Part shown: one piece after another, positions 42,380 to 57,186 of the stretch
Numbering within the stretch: position 1 is the first letter of the stretch
Layout of the letters: each line of letters begins with the position of its first letter
DNA from: Eledone cirrhosa
Taxonomy: Eukaryota
DNA length: 64,000 bases
Reading direction: 5' to 3'
NCBI GenBank assembly: GCA_964016885.1
Contig: OZ024742.1
Coordinates: 203,298,001-203,362,000, forward strand
Translations under genes and position numbers: made by a program
The notes under the pieces: generated by a model
Databases searched by the model: none
The model's input: the letters and a program-made list of their open reading frames with translations, nothing else
Told to the model about the DNA's origin: nothing

Positions 42380-43492
42380 AGTTGCATTTATCTTGCTTTA
42401 TGTTCATACGAGTTATCACCAAGTCACAACCAGTGACCTCAAGAGACAACAAGGTCCGCCATGTTCAAGAAAGAACATACATACTCACACATGCATCTTT
42501 AGGTGTTTAGACTTGCGATGTACTTATAATGACAGAATCTTCCTTAGTATATGGGCAGTTCCTATTAGTACTATCTTTTGTATTTCTCCTATACGCGGGT
42601 TTCCTGGGATTTGCGTTAAGTAATCATTAGACCCCTTAGGTATCATTCCTAGAGCGCCTACAACCACTGGTATTGTTTTAGTTCTCAATTTCCACATTTT
42701 TCCAATTTCTATCTCCAGGTCCTTATACTTGCTCAATTTTTCAAATGTTTTTATAGATACATTCTTGTCTATTGGAACGGACATATCAATTAGCAGGCAT
42801 ACCCTCTTTTTAAAGTCCTTCAGTATTATATCAGCTCTATTTGCATCTATTTTTCGGTCTATTTGGATGCTAAAGTTCCACAAGATTGAGATGTGATCTT
42901 TTTCAAGTATGGGAGGTGGTTGATGCTCCCACCAATTCTTTTGATGGGGCAGGTCAAAATGCTTACACATTATCCAATGTATGTATTGTGCAGCTCTGTC
43001 ATGCATGTTTAGGTATTCGTTTGGAGCTATAGGACTGCACATTGAAATTATATGGTCAATGGTCTCTGGTTGTTTTATTCATACACGGCATAATGGGCTG
43101 CATCCATTTTTTATTATGTTGGCTTGGTAATTTTTTGTTGGCAGACACTGATCTTGTGCTGATATAATCAGTCCTTCAGTATCCGATTTCAGTCCAGAGG
43201 ATGCCAACCACTGATGGGTTAAAGTTTTGTCAACATCAGGATTGTTAGCTCGTTCTGGGTATTTTCCATACAGAGGCTTTTCTTGCCATTTCTTATCCAG
43301 TTTCTGTAGCAGTTCTTTCTTTGCAGTTATTTTTACCTGCTTTGCTTTTTCTGTGTTTTCCATTTCAGCAGTAAATGGGACTTCGGAAATGTGTAGTCCA
43401 TTACTGTATCTTTGTGCATCTTTTGTAATGGAGTATGATCTTTTGATGCTTTCGTGTTTCAAAACGAGTTTTTTATTATTATTATTATTATT

Positions 43493-43497
<5 letters not shown>
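42321..43497 (-). mobile_element. 5'-truncated R4/Dong-type element inside a (TAA)n microsatellite
   Basis: ETEG-like SDTEGLIISAQDQCL, CRV, MHD, NRADIIL, IDMSVP, KYKDL; (ATT)n on both sides (42321-42378 and 43473-43497). Confidence 0.9.
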
Positions 43498-43558
<61 letters not shown>

Positions 43559-43870
43559 GGTGGTGGTGGTGGTGTTGTTTTGATTTCTTACATATTGCAA
43601 ATCTTCTCTCTTTGGAATTCAAATCACCAATAGTTGATGCCGACATGTCAGTCGCGATCTTATTACTTTCAAAGACTTCCTTGGACGATTTCTGGGGGTG
43701 GTTCTTGATTCGTGGTTCTGTTATGAATTCTTCATCACGCATGGTTGCTCCGTTGACCGACCAGCATTTATATGTTTTGCATTGGTAGGGTGGTGTGTGT
43801 GTGTTATTGGAGAAGAATCACTATCGTTCTTATTAAATTTAATTACGTTAGATATATTATGAATGCATAC

Positions 43871-43911
<41 letters not shown>

Positions 43912-44340
43912 TATGGGTATATATTTATACACATCGGTGCAGTTTCGGGTACGTACACACACAAACACACACACGCACGCAGACACATATACACACATAC
44001 ACACACACACCTATATATATATATTATTACTTGCCGACGACCCGACGATGCAACAGGTGGTACTGGCTTACCATGAATCAGTAGCGCTCAAGCGTGACCT
44101 AACACACATACACACAAACACACATACATCACACACGTAAACGCACACACATACATACATACATACATACATACATACATGATACATACATACAGGATAC
44201 ATACATATATGCATACATACATGATGATGGCTGCCCCCTCGTTATCGAATATGGCCATTGCACGAGAAGAAAATAAAAAAAAAAAAATAAAAAAAAAAAT
44301 AATAATAATAAATAAATAAAAAAAAAGAAAAGAAAAAAAG

Positions 44341-44417
<77 letters not shown>

Positions 44418-44524
44418 CATACATATATACATACACACATACATACACATACACTCACACATATACACACATACATTAATAACAATAATAATAATAATAA
44501 TAATAATAATAGCAATAATAATGA

Positions 44525-45232
44525 TTTCTTTATTAACCACAAGGGTTTACATAAAGTAGACATTAAGGACAGTGCAGGACAATGCAGGACGGTACAAATG
44601 GGCATTTCTGCGTGTAAAAAAAACAAAAACAGAGGATGTAACAAAAATAACAATGAAAATAACAATGAAAAATTCCCCAATAGGGGGGAGACTTCGGAGG
44701 GACATTTGTGGAGAAAGCCCAGTAAAAAGCCACAATGACCCTGACCACCAAGGCAAGTGCCCTCTCCCAGTTTTCCACCTTTAGTTTACAGATATATACT
44801 CAGAGTCGGCCCATTCACTCGGGCCATTCTTGCTTCTCTCACCCATCTTTCAACAAAATGCTGGGAAGAGAGCACTTCCTTCTCTACTCTGATTTTCCTT
44901 TTCAAATGAAATTTGAAAAAGTCAATCAGAGCATCACCGAAGAGGTAAGTGCTCGTCTTCAGCCCTTTCAAACGTGTCCACCATACTATCTCTTTCGCCA
45001 TGGCCACCAGACAGATAAAAACTGCCTGCCCTTCCCGGCTAAAGGAGGAGGGCGGGGCAATCCTCACGATAGACTCAGATGATAGCTGGATCCGTCCTAA
45101 ACGCGACAGCAGGTGTTCGACATAAACCCAAAAGTCAGCAATTTTCGGACACTGGACGAGTGCGTGCAGGACGGTTTCGTCGCCCTGCGCGCATCTCGGA
45201 CATGCCCGGCTGACGGCACCTCCATGCCTGTA
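44525..45232 (-). mobile_element. L1/Tx1-like LINE 3' fragment
   Basis: CPRCAQGDETVLHALVQCP..FW zinc knuckle, AKEIVWWTR..FVERW; flanked by (AAT)n. Confidence 0.75.
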
Positions 45233-45311
45233 GCAATAATAATAATAACGACAACAACAATAATAATATACATATTCATATATATATACACACACACGCA
45301 CGCACATAAGC

Positions 45312-45435
<124 letters not shown>

Positions 45436-45441
45436 TAGCAA

Positions 45442-46475
45442 CTAACAGTGCTGCGATCGAATGTGGCTTTTTAGCCCAGCCAATGATCTAAAATGTCTTG
45501 CACAGAGTCGGCAACCAAAACATTCACTGGGAATAGTCGGCTGTGGTTGGAGTTCGTGTACCCTTGCATGTCGCTTGAGCCCTCCTGCTGATTTACATTC
45601 TCTACCACATGTTTGGCAAGCATGATGAGTAGCATCTCCAACAGCAGCCTGGTAGTCAACCACTGGTCTTACTTTATGACTGCGAAGATGACTTTCGAGT
45701 CCAGCTTTGCTTAGGCAGAGTCTCGCACAGACGCTGCATGTCAGAACCATAGGAGGACCCTCGCCGTCTGGAAGTGCAACAGCAATGCCCTTCCTCACAT
45801 CCTGCTTTACTTTCTCGTGTGCGATTCGAGATGCCTCAAAGGCAACTTTTCCCTCATATACAGTCTTTTTCCATTTATTACGATCAGCAGCAATATTTTC
45901 CCATGTATCAGCAGAGATGTTAGCGTCTTTCAGAGAGGCTTTCAAGGAATCCTTATACCTCTTTTTTGGTTTATGTGGCGGTCGTTTCCCTTTAACCAAC
46001 TCTCCATAGAAGAGTTGTTTTGGTATTCTAGAATCCTTCATCCTGGCAAGGTGACCACTCCAACGGAGTCGTTGCTTAAGCACAAGAGCTTCTATACTGT
46101 CACACATAGAGCTTTCCAAAATCTCGACATCACTGATGTGGTCCCTCCAGTGAACGCCATGGATCCGTCTGAGACACATCTGGTGGAAACGCTCCAATTG
46201 CTTAAGGTGGCGTCGATATGTGACCCAGGTCTCGCAGGCATAAAGAAGACAAGAGAGTACACATGCCCTGTACACCCTTACCTTTGTCCTCCTGCATATG
46301 TCTCGCCGACCCCAGAGTCGCCTTTCTAGCTTTCCGAAAGCATCACTTGCTTTCCTAATCCTAAGTGAGATTTCACTGTCAAGGTTGCCGTATCGATTGA
46401 CAGTGCTTCCCAAGTAGACAAACTGATCAACCACTCCAAGTCGTTTGCCATACACATAGATGTTTGGTTCAGTGT
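45442..46475 (-). mobile_element. RTE (BovB-like) LINE 3' part; open frame ending in three C2H2 zinc fingers, abutting (CA)n
   Basis: FVYLGS..RIRKASDAFGKL..TKVRVYRACVLSCLLYACETW..LRWSGHLARM..PKQLFYGEL, then CSVC..HLRSH, CQTC..HARVH and CRLC..HIRSQH. Confidence 0.88.
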
Positions 46476-46479
46476 ACTG

Positions 46480-47640
46480 TACATATATACATACATATAT
46501 ACATAGATACATGCATAATGGAACAGTAAAAATATGTAAAACATTCCAAAAATGTTGCGTCTAATAACTGCATATACACATATACAGATGCAAAGCACAT
46601 ATACAACTCAAAACATGCACACATACAATAACATCCATATCTACACATGCATGTATACATACATAATCTATCTAGTTGATGTTGTGTAAATTCCAATGAG
46701 AGAGTCTTGTATGTATGTTAGAAACCGACTCTCTCTCTCTATTGGTAAAACTTTGTGAAATTATAAAACCAGAACATACATACATACATACATACATACA
46801 TACATACATACATACATACATACATAGATACATGCATAATGGAACAATAAAAATATGTAAAACATTCCAAAAATTTTGCATCTAATAACTGCATATACAC
46901 ATATACAGATGCAAAGCAGCTCCCTAATTCATAGTCTACAAATGGCTGCGATAGCTGGTACCTTCAAAATTTGCAAAACATTCTTGCGATTCAAGGGATG
47001 ACAATTTCTTTTCTTTTACAACCTTGCCACCGGGAAGGTGGCCGGTCAAAAAAATATACTCGAAATTAAGAGAAAGAGATAACATACAAACATACATACA
47101 TACATACATACATACATACATACATACATACATACATACATACATACATACATACATACATACATACATGCATACATACATGCCATGCATACATACAAAC
47201 ATACATACATACATACATACATAACATACATACATACACAACTAGTTAGGAAATTACAAGTACAATCCATTAATGGAACAGTAAAAATATGTAAAACATT
47301 CCAAACATTTTGCATCTAATATCTGCATATACACATGTACAGATACAAAGTATATACACATGCACACATACAACTCAAAACATCCACATCCACACATACA
47401 ATAACATCCATATCTACACATGCAGACATGCATACATAACCTACCTAGTTGATGTTGTGTAAATTCCAATGAGAGAGTCTTGTATCTATGTTAGAAACCG
47501 ACTCTCTCTCTATTGGTAAAAATTTGTGAAATTATAAAACCAGAAGAACATACATACATACATACATACATACATACATACATACATACATACATACATA
47601 CATACATACATACATACATACATACATACATACATACATG
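46480..47640 (+). repeat. Array of R4/Dong 3'-end fragments (families A and B) separated by (TACA)n
   Basis: A ends at 46517-46773 and 47239-47548; A/B chimera at 46817-47082. Confidence 0.85.
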
Positions 47641-48240
47641 GGGGCTGCCAACTCGTTATCGAGTACGGCCACTACTTTATATGTAGGAGAACCCCTACCG
47701 ATGCACTGAACGAGTATGAATTTTTAGTCCAGCCAGCGACTTGAAAACTCTGGTACAAACTTGTGACAATTATTGACACATAGTGCTGGGCCCATGGTAC
47801 CATGTGACGACAAGTGCAGAGAGATCTCCAGATATAAAGCAATGCCTGTGCCTTGAAGCTTTTATAGTGAGCAAAGGCACTGCACAAAGCCAGTCCCATT
47901 CTCTTAACCAAGATGATATTTACCAAAAAGAAGAACAAGTCAACATCATTGGATACCATCAGGGTTGCAGGTGTTATATCAGAGTTTTCCTTCTCCTAGA
48001 ATTCTGCCTTGACAAAGGCTAAGGGGTCATCTCTCCCGGTGATTTTGGATGACCATTGACTCTTAAGAGCTCCTTTGCCCTTTGACAGGTTTTGTTTTTA
48101 GTCCTGCAGGATGTCCAAAGTCACCCTCCTCACCAAGAAACCTTGATGGGGTTGCCAGTTTAGTCGCCAACGACCCGACCATGAGACAGGTTGTACTGGG
48201 ATACATGTTACCAGTAGCACCAACTGGTGACCTGATATAA
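47640..48240 (-). mobile_element. Unclassified insert within (TACA)n, possibly the 5' UTR of an RTE element
   Basis: Non-microsatellite block between (TACA)n tracts; ggcaacccca...aaaacaaaacctg resembles RTE 5' regions; no protein motif. Confidence 0.3.
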
Positions 48241-48309
48241 CATACATACATACATACATACATACATACATACATAGATACATACATACATACATACATA
48301 CATACATAC

Positions 48310-51300
48310 TGTCAACGCGATCAGTTGCATATTTTGGCGTGGGGGACTATGTATTAAATTTAAGATGAATACTATCTCCGACAGTAATGCCACAACTACA
48401 GCCAGGTTGAGTAACTGGTTATTCTTCTAAGTATCCTTCTGAAGACACCTTTTATTCGAATTCGTAGAGATATCCGACTAAATACATAATTCATTTTACA
48501 AGGATTTGCTACAAACACCATGGCTAAACACAACATCAACAAAAAAATTAAGGAAGTATCGAAGACAAATAACAAGGAAGGTAATCAAACTTTATTCAGA
48601 AGAAATCGAAATTATAAATCGCGTTTCTCTTGGAGTTGCCAACTTAATAATTGTTTCTACTTTTGGCACAAGGCCAGCAATTATCCAGTGCATTACTGGT
48701 ACTTTATTTTATTGACCCCGTAAGGATGAAAGGCAAAGTTAACCGCGGCGGAATAACTTAATAAGGATTTATTTAATTGTTATAAAATGGCAAAAAACAA
48801 TCCCTCCATTGGCTATATGAATAGAATGAAGTTACACTGGGACTAAATGCACCCAGAGCTAAATTATTTCACAGCGAAACAATTACGCCAACAAGCGACG
48901 TTTGTTGAACGTAAAAATAAGATAAATATTATTAATTGTAAGTCCCCCACAACAAACATGTTATCAACAACACGTGCTACAGGTCGCCACACTACTAGAC
49001 TTCCTAGCAGCCAGGTCTAACAGCGCCTTGAAACAACTATGCCTGTAAGAAACTTGACACCACCTGTACCATCTAAGTCTACCCCGAATGCTGGGGAAAA
49101 CACTATCGATAATAATAATAATCGAAGAAATAATAATAATAATCGAATAAATGTGACACCACGTATACCATCCGAGTCTACCTCGACTGTTGTGGAAAAT
49201 ACTATCGATAATGATAATCAAAAGTATAAACAATTGAAAATTTCCCTCAACGAAATCTTCCAGAGAGAAATTAACTCATGTATAAATATCTCTCTCGCTG
49301 AACGTGTTAAAATGACAATGGTGAATAAAAACCCAAATAATGAAATACTACGTGTTATTGACGAAATAGGGGATGAATATTTACGACGGATAAAAACCCT
49401 AACATTTTGACAAATCAACGCCTGTTTATATGCCTTAGCAATGACTGAAGCATTATCTTGGTGATAGCAGAGATATTAACAAGAACAAAACACCACCAAA
49501 AATACCATCATATATAACTAAAATAGAAAAAAAGAGTGCTGACCTACGAAAAAACATAGGATAAGTGACAATGTTCCTTACATGCAAACAAACACAAACA
49601 AATCTCACTCCTCACCAACAAAGAGTGAAAAATAAAATAGAGACGATGTTTGGTAACAGTAGAACCAGAACTCTCCAATATAAGCTGATCACCCTCAAAC
49701 AAGAATTGAGAGCTGTTAGCGAAAAACGCCGATACCTGAACAAAGTAGATGAGAGAAAAGTGCTTAATAAAAGATTCAGACGAAACCAAACATCAGTCTA
49801 TAGAGATATGAAGGGCAAAATAATAAGTGTCACTGGGGCCCCATCCCAGAAAGACATAGATTCCTTTTGGAGAAAAATATGGGGTGAAAAGAAGAATTTC
49901 AACCAAGATGCAGTGTGGCTAAGAAAAATCCGAAAGAACTATTGCTCCTACACTACAACAAAAACATACGAAATAAGTGAGGGTACCCTTGAGACTGTGA
50001 TAGGAAAACTCCAAGATAAGAAAACACCAGGAAGAGACATGATTGTCGGCTACTGGTACAAAAAACTAATATTCTATCGGAGGTATCTTACTGACCTCTA
50101 CCAACAAGTTCTTAAGGGAGATACACTTATACCAGAATGGTTGACATTAACACAAACGTTACTGGTCCCCAAGAACAATCACACCCACTTGGCAAAAAAC
50201 TACCGACCCATTGCATGCCAGAACGTGATGTATAAGATGTATACAGCCTGCCTGAACCTATTCCTCCAAGATCACTGCGAAAATAATAAAATTATCACAG
50301 ATGAACAAGCAGCTGGAAAGAAAGGGGTTTGGGGATGTGCTGAACAACTCCTAATCAACAAAACTGCGATGTCGGAGGTGCGACAACTTAGGAGGAATAT
50401 GACTACAGTCTTGCTGGACTACAGGAAAGCTTTCAATTCTGTTCCCCACTCTTGGATGATAGTGGCCCTCCAACTTGCTAAAGTCCCAGACAGGCTGTAT
50501 TCTTCTTGGGCTACTATCCTAATGTTAAAGACAGAGAGGGGGGGACTCTATTTTTACTGATAAAATAAAATATTGCAGGGGTATATTTCAGGAGGACAGT
50601 CTCTCTGTGATATTGTTCATCTTGTCATTAAACCCCTTGTCTTTTCTGCTCAAGAAATGTGAGGGATACATCATTGGATCACAGAAGGACAGAAATACGA
50701 ACCTAACCCATCATTTCTTTGTGGACGATCTGAAACTCTATGCCAAGAACATGGATTTGATGAAGAAAAATCTTGACCTGCTTACAACGTTCTCAAAGGA
50801 TATAGGAATGGAGTTTGGCCAAGATAAATGCTCATACATGACTGTAAAGCGGGGGAAAACAACAACCCAATCTAGCAACATTGTCATCAATGGCCTAACT
50901 GTTTCACCGATATCTGATGAGGACTGCTTCAGATACCTGGGAATAGATGAGAACGTATCCTATAATGGTATCTGTAATAAAGAACGCGTAACCAGGGAAT
51001 ACTACACCCGATTAAGAAAGATATGGTAATCGGAACTCTCTGCGCAAAACAAAACAGTGGCTCACAATGTGTTTGCTGTGCCTGTCCTAACACCAACGTT
51101 TGGAATACTCAGTTGGACGATAGACGAAATCTGAGCAGTTGATGTTGGAACTCGAAAAATACTGAACAACACCGGAAACTTCCACATCAACAGTGACATA
51201 GACCACCTTTATTTGAAACGTAAGCAGGGAGGCAGAGGCCTAACATCAGTCCAGACAACATTTGAATGTCGCATCATATCTCTCCGACAACATCTACGAA

Positions 51301-52499
51301 CCTCGAAGCGTAGGAGCCCGTTTCTCTGCATGAAACAGATAAGATCATGAGAGTTTGGAAGGAACTCCTTGAGAGATGTTCCCTGTGTGATAATCAAAAA
51401 CTCACACCCAGGTATGTCGCTCAGCAGTATCGCAGTGAATCCATGGATGAAAAACTGCATGCCTATCAGCAAAAAATCATGCATGGATATGCTGCCAGGA
51501 AGCTCCAGAGTGAGAGTAATATAGATAAGGAATGTAGTCTATCTTAGACCAACAACCGCTATATTGGCTCCCACTTTGAAGGATATGCTTTTGCAATCCA
51601 GGAACAGGAGATTAGCACGAAATACCTGATTTACAAAAGAGATAGGGATGCAGGCAAAACACCTAGACGTGATAACAAGTGCAGACTCTGCAGAACTAAC
51701 ATCGAGGATATCACCCATGTCATCAGCAGCTGTCCAACGATGTCATCGCGGTACTATCTACCTATGAGGCATGATGTAGTGGCCAAAACACTGTACAATG
51801 CAGTTCGTAAAAAAGATAGCCCCGATAATAAACACATTAAAAGCTACAACAATGTGGAAGACATCCGTGTACATAATATGAAAGAGTACTGGTGGAATGT
51901 TCCAGTAAAAACCCCATTAAAATGCAGGCATAACAGACCAGATATTATGATATGGGACAGGGAGAAGAAAACATGCACAGTAGTGGAAATTAGCTGCCCA
52001 GCAGATGCCAATATAATATCAAAGATTAGTGAAAAGGAGAATATTTATGCAGAACTGATGAGAAATCTGCAGATACTCCACCCTGATTACACCTTCAGAT
52101 TTATGCCTTTGATTATTGGGGCACTGGGATATGTTTGTAACTGCCTCAATACAAATCTTGAGAAGTTAGGCTTCACAGGAACAGAAAGAACACAACTAGT
52201 TAGGAAATTACAAGTACAATCCATTAATGGAACAGTAAAAATATGTAAAACATTCCAAAAATGTTGCATCTAATAACTGCATATACACATGTACAGATAC
52301 AAAGCATATACACATGCACACATACAACTCAAAACATCCACATCCACACATACAATAACATCCATATCTACACATGCATGTATACATACATAATCTACCT
52401 AGTTGATGTGTAAATTCCAATGAGAGAGTTTTGTATCTATGTTAGAAACCGACTCTCTCTCTATTGGTAAAACTTTGTGAAATTATAAAACCAGAAGAA
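48310..52499 (+). mobile_element. Near-full-length R4/Dong-type element (family A) in (TACA)n, disrupted, with a SINE inserted at 48645-48752
   Basis: NYRPIAC, DYRKAFNSVPH, HFFVDDLKLY, FRYLG, CRLCRTNIEDITHVISSC, RHD, NRPDIMIWD, VEISCP. Confidence 0.92.
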
Positions 52500-53812
52500 C
52501 ATACATACATACATACAAACATACATGCATACATAGATACATGCATAAGGGAACAGTAAAAATATGTAAAACATTCCAAAAATGTTGCATCTAATAACTG
52601 CATATACACATATACAGATGCAAAGCAGTTCCCTAATTCATAGTCTACAAATGGCTGCGATAGCTGGCACCTTCAAAATTTGCAAAACATTCTTGCGATT
52701 AAAGGGATGACAATTTCTTTTCTTTTACAACCTTGACACCAGGAAGGTGGCCGGTCAAAATAATATACTCGAAATTAAGAGAAAGAGATAACATACAAAC
52801 ATACATGCATACATACATGAATACATACATACATGAATACATACATACATGAATACATACATACATGCATACATACATACACATGTCAGAAAAATACAGG
52901 AGAAGGAGGACATCTACGGACCATTGATGAGGAGCTTACAAATCCAGTATCCAAGATACACCTTTAGCTTCATACCCATCATTATTGGTGTTACGGGTTA
53001 TATACCAACCCGCTTGGACCAAAGTATGACCGAACTTGGATTTACGGACAAAAAGCGCAGCTCCCTAATTCATAGTCTACAAATGGCTGCGATAGCTGGC
53101 ACCTTCAAAATATGCAAAACATTCTTGCGATTCAAGGGATGACAATTTCTTTTCTTTTACAACCTTGCCACCAGGAAGGTGGCCGGTCAAAAAAAATATA
53201 CTCGAAATTAAGAGAAAGAGAAAACATACATACATACATACATACACACATACATACATACATACATACATACATACATACATACATACATACATGCATA
53301 CATACATACATACAAACATACATACATACATACATACATACGTACATACAAACATACATACATGCATACATGCATACATACATGCATACATACATACATA
53401 CATGCATACATACATACATACATACATGCCATGCATACATACAAACATACATACATACATACATACATACATACATACATACATACATACATACATGCAT
53501 ACATACATACATACATAACATACATACACAACTAGTTAGGAAATTACAAGTACAATCCATTAATGGAACAGTAAAAATATGTAAAACATTCCAAAAATTT
53601 TGCATCTAATAACTGCATATACACATGTACAGATACAAAGTATATACACATGCACACATACAACTCAAAACATATACATCCACACATACAATAACATCCA
53701 TATCTACACATGCATGCATACATACATATCTATCCAGAGTCTTGTGTCTACATTAGACACCGACTCTCTTTCTATTGGGAAAACTTTGTGAAATTATAAA
53801 ACCAGAAGAACA
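52500..53812 (+). repeat. Second array of R4/Dong 3'-end fragments in (TACA)n
   Basis: A/B chimera at 52546-52790; B at 52884-53223 (KIQEKEDIYGPL..FIPIIIG..ICKTF); A at 53530-53810. Confidence 0.85.
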
Positions 53813-54166
53813 TACATACGTGCATGGATACATACATACAATAAACTCTGGATTCATCTTCCTTAGCTGATGCAGTACCGAAAAGATTAAACTCCGGAAC
53901 AGTAAAACTTAAGGAATTTTTCAAACAGTCTTGTGGTAGACATGTGCACTGATCTTTTGCTAACAGCAGATACTAAATGTACGGTTGATCTTACACAAGT
54001 GTTTACTTGAAACGAATCATCAGTGTGGTTATCAGCTTAGCAATCAGTTCCACAGAGTATCAACCAGGTCTATTAACTAGAATGTAAAAGCAAAGGCGAC
54101 AGCTTCAGGAAGCCTCTCGTTGCCTCTCTACACAGTGACGACCATAAAGTAATGGTTGTTGTAGAG

Positions 54167-54461
54167 CAGGCATGGGCAACCCTTTTCGAGAAGCGGGCCG
54201 CATTAGATACTGCACATCATCAGGCGGGCTGCAAACGCTAATTTACATTCGATAATTTACATTTTAAAAAAAGGCGGTAACTCAGCTTGTTTTGATTTGT
54301 TTCTTCAGAATTCGTACACGTTGTTTTTTTTTCTATCGTAAAAATGATAGAAAGATGAATAACGACTGAAAGTTTGAGGTAAAAAAATCAGAAAGATTTC
54401 ACTTAGGTGACTTAGGTGAGCCATTCAGAAATCTTTGCGGGCCGCAGGTTGCCCATGACAG
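54167..54461. mobile_element. hAT (Charlie/Buster-type) MITE
   Basis: TIRs caggcatgggcaacc / ggttgcccatgacag (2 mismatches); 8-bp TSD ttgtagag / ttctagag, matching NTCTAGAN. Confidence 0.8.
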
Positions 54462-54866
54462 TTCTAGAGCATTAATGACATAGGGTCCTTCTTGGACATT
54501 CTATATCTGGTTGAGTCTATCACTCTCCGGGTCTGAATACAGTCTCTTTCTTCCAGAGACGAAGAGAAAGAGAGAAAGTGCATGTAATAGAGAGGAAGAA
54601 TAAGGTAGAATGAAAGGTAAAGTTTACCTCAGAATGATTTGATCACAAATCACAGATAACAAAAACGAATAGGGCAAAGTATTCTATCCGACGTTCTAAC
54701 CCCACCGCTAATTTACTAGCTATATAATAACTTTACATTTCTTTGATATCTGGCACATTTTCGTGTATAATTCTCCAACTGGCCTCATCAAGTCATCCAA
54801 CGTTTAGTTGTAACTAGATAAGTTTAACTTTGTGAGAAGCAACAGTTCTTAGCGGATGTTGTATAG

Positions 54867-55466
54867 CAGAGGTTCGCAAACATTTTGGGCCACCGCCCCC
54901 CTCATGGCCACGTAATACCCTCAGCACCCCACCCCTATTTCCAGAGAGACCTGCCTTCACGTAAATTGTAAATAATATATAATAAATAAAATCGTTAATT
55001 TATATATAATAAATAACAATTGTAAGTATGCACATATTATTAATGTTCGATATAACACATACGTATATACGTATATGTATATATGTGTGTTTTTGTGTAT
55101 ATAAATATGTGTGTGTGTGTATGTGTTCATACTTACATTTATGTATCAGCTGTGCTTGGGCAAGAAATAAAATTCTAATTTTATTTTTAATATAATATGC
55201 ACTATTCTCTTGTACTCATTTACCTGTTCAAACCATCCGGCTGAGGCCATGCTGGGGCACTGCCCTTGTATTAATAAATATTATATATTTTTTTATTTTA
55301 CTATATTTATATATATACATATATCATTTGATATTTGATATACTATTATATCATCTCTGCCCCCACCACCAGCACCACCACCACAACCACCCCTTAGGCC
55401 CCAGCACCCCCTGAATCTTGCCCCCCCCCCCCCCGGTGGTGGTAGTGGCCACTTTCTGAACCTCTA
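54867..55466. mobile_element. Older hAT-type MITE
   Basis: Ends cagaggttcgcaaa / tttctgaacctcta; 8-bp flanks ttgtatag / gtgtttag. Confidence 0.55.
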
Positions 55467-56195
55467 GTGTTTAGTTTGGTTCTGTCTACTAGTATTCCAA
55501 TTATTTGATCAACACAAGAGACATCTCTAGAAAATTAACTTACATGTGACTGAACATAACAAAGAGACTACTACACTTCACGTAATTCTCAGGGAGATTC
55601 ATCCTGAGAGTGTGTGGGACAAATTTGACCCCTTTGATTTACAAGTATAACTAATATATTTTTCCTCGGATGAGTGAACTGGATTAGCGTGAAATAAAAT
55701 GTTTTCAAGGACAGTACGCACCGACGGTCACCGAACTAACGACCTTATGATCTTGACCCAAACAACTTAACTATTATACCCTGCACTTCTGCACAGTTGT
55801 CCATCATCAGCAGCCCTCTGCTGTTACGTGGTCACCTACGACGACATTGTTCCCGGGATAACAGTAAGAATGTCTGTTCACCCGATATTAAAGAATGACT
55901 GTAATGCTTCTACTTCAAATGTACACAGCAACACTGTACACAGAACAGCGTCTAAGAAGTATATCAATGTAATAATCACGTCAAAACTATGAATAGTGGT
56001 TAGCATTTAATATTTATGACTAAATCTGAAGAGATTAATAATATTTACTTAAATGCAAACGACGTATACATGTCGAAGCGCACACACTCGCGTATACACA
56101 CACACAAACACACACACATATATATATCTATATCTATATATATACACACACACATATATATACATATACATACACACATATATATATATATATAT

Positions 56196-56255
<60 letters not shown>

Positions 56256-56963
56256 TACGGTGCTGGGTCATTGGAGACCACGAATCATGTAAGTACTCGA
56301 TACTTGTGGAGATGTAGAGTGGGTATATATATTTACATATATGTGTGTGTGTATGTATGTGTGTGTCTTTCCATAATACTCAAACACTCTGTCCTATGTG
56401 TGCGTTCATGGGTGAAATGTTAAGTAAAGATTACTATTGAACTTGGTAAACTATACATTAAAGAATGTAAAATGTATTTGTTATTTAATGCATATAAATC
56501 CTACGAAGAAGCTTAAACCGTTTTTAGAAAAGGTTTAAACTTGACCGTACTGTTTCCATGTACGAAATAATATATATATATATATGTGTATATGCCTGTA
56601 AGTAAATTGTGATATACTGACTGTTGTATTCAGTAAATGCTCAATGTATTTCTCTTTTATATTTGAGAAATTAAATAAGAACATAGCGTGGATTTCTGAC
56701 AGGTGAGTATAACGAAAACTGTGAACGTTAAATACCTATTTTATTGAAATTACGATCCCAGAATAAAAAGAAAGAAAATACCTAGCGGTATCTGTTGTTT
56801 GAACTCTAAAGGAGAAGTGAAGATAATTTCAATGAATTAAGGATGGATATACGGTTGAAATAACATGCTTAAGGAAAACAGTAATTTGATCTTTGTATCG
56901 GAGATCAAAACTATAACACAATATACACAAAGCATGCTGATACAACAACCTGCTAATACTTTT

Positions 56964-57186
56964 AAACAACTTATATCACGTGGTCTATAAAATATAAACA
57001 ACCTATATCACATGCTCTATAAAATATAATAAGCTTAAATTATATGCTCTATAAAATATAAACAACTCATATCACATGTTCTATAAAATATAAAAAACTT
57101 ATATTACATGCCCTATAAAATATAATAAGCTTATATTACATGCTCTATAAAATATAAACAACTAATATCACATGCTGTATAAAAAC
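56964..57186. repeat. 32-bp minisatellite, 7 copies
   Basis: Consensus aaacaacttatatcacatgctctataaaatat. Confidence 0.9.

Noticed and set aside
43491-43742. 83-aa ORF ending in poly-H/poly-Q
   Set aside because: Short unique part with no recognisable motif, running into a microsatellite; an exon cannot be excluded but is not supported
56620-56708. Strong donor site CAG|GTGAGT at 56702
   Set aside because: No convincing upstream coding exon; an isolated consensus match is expected by chance
56964-57186. CRISPR-like periodicity
   Set aside because: Contiguous units without unique spacers, eukaryotic context, no cas genes
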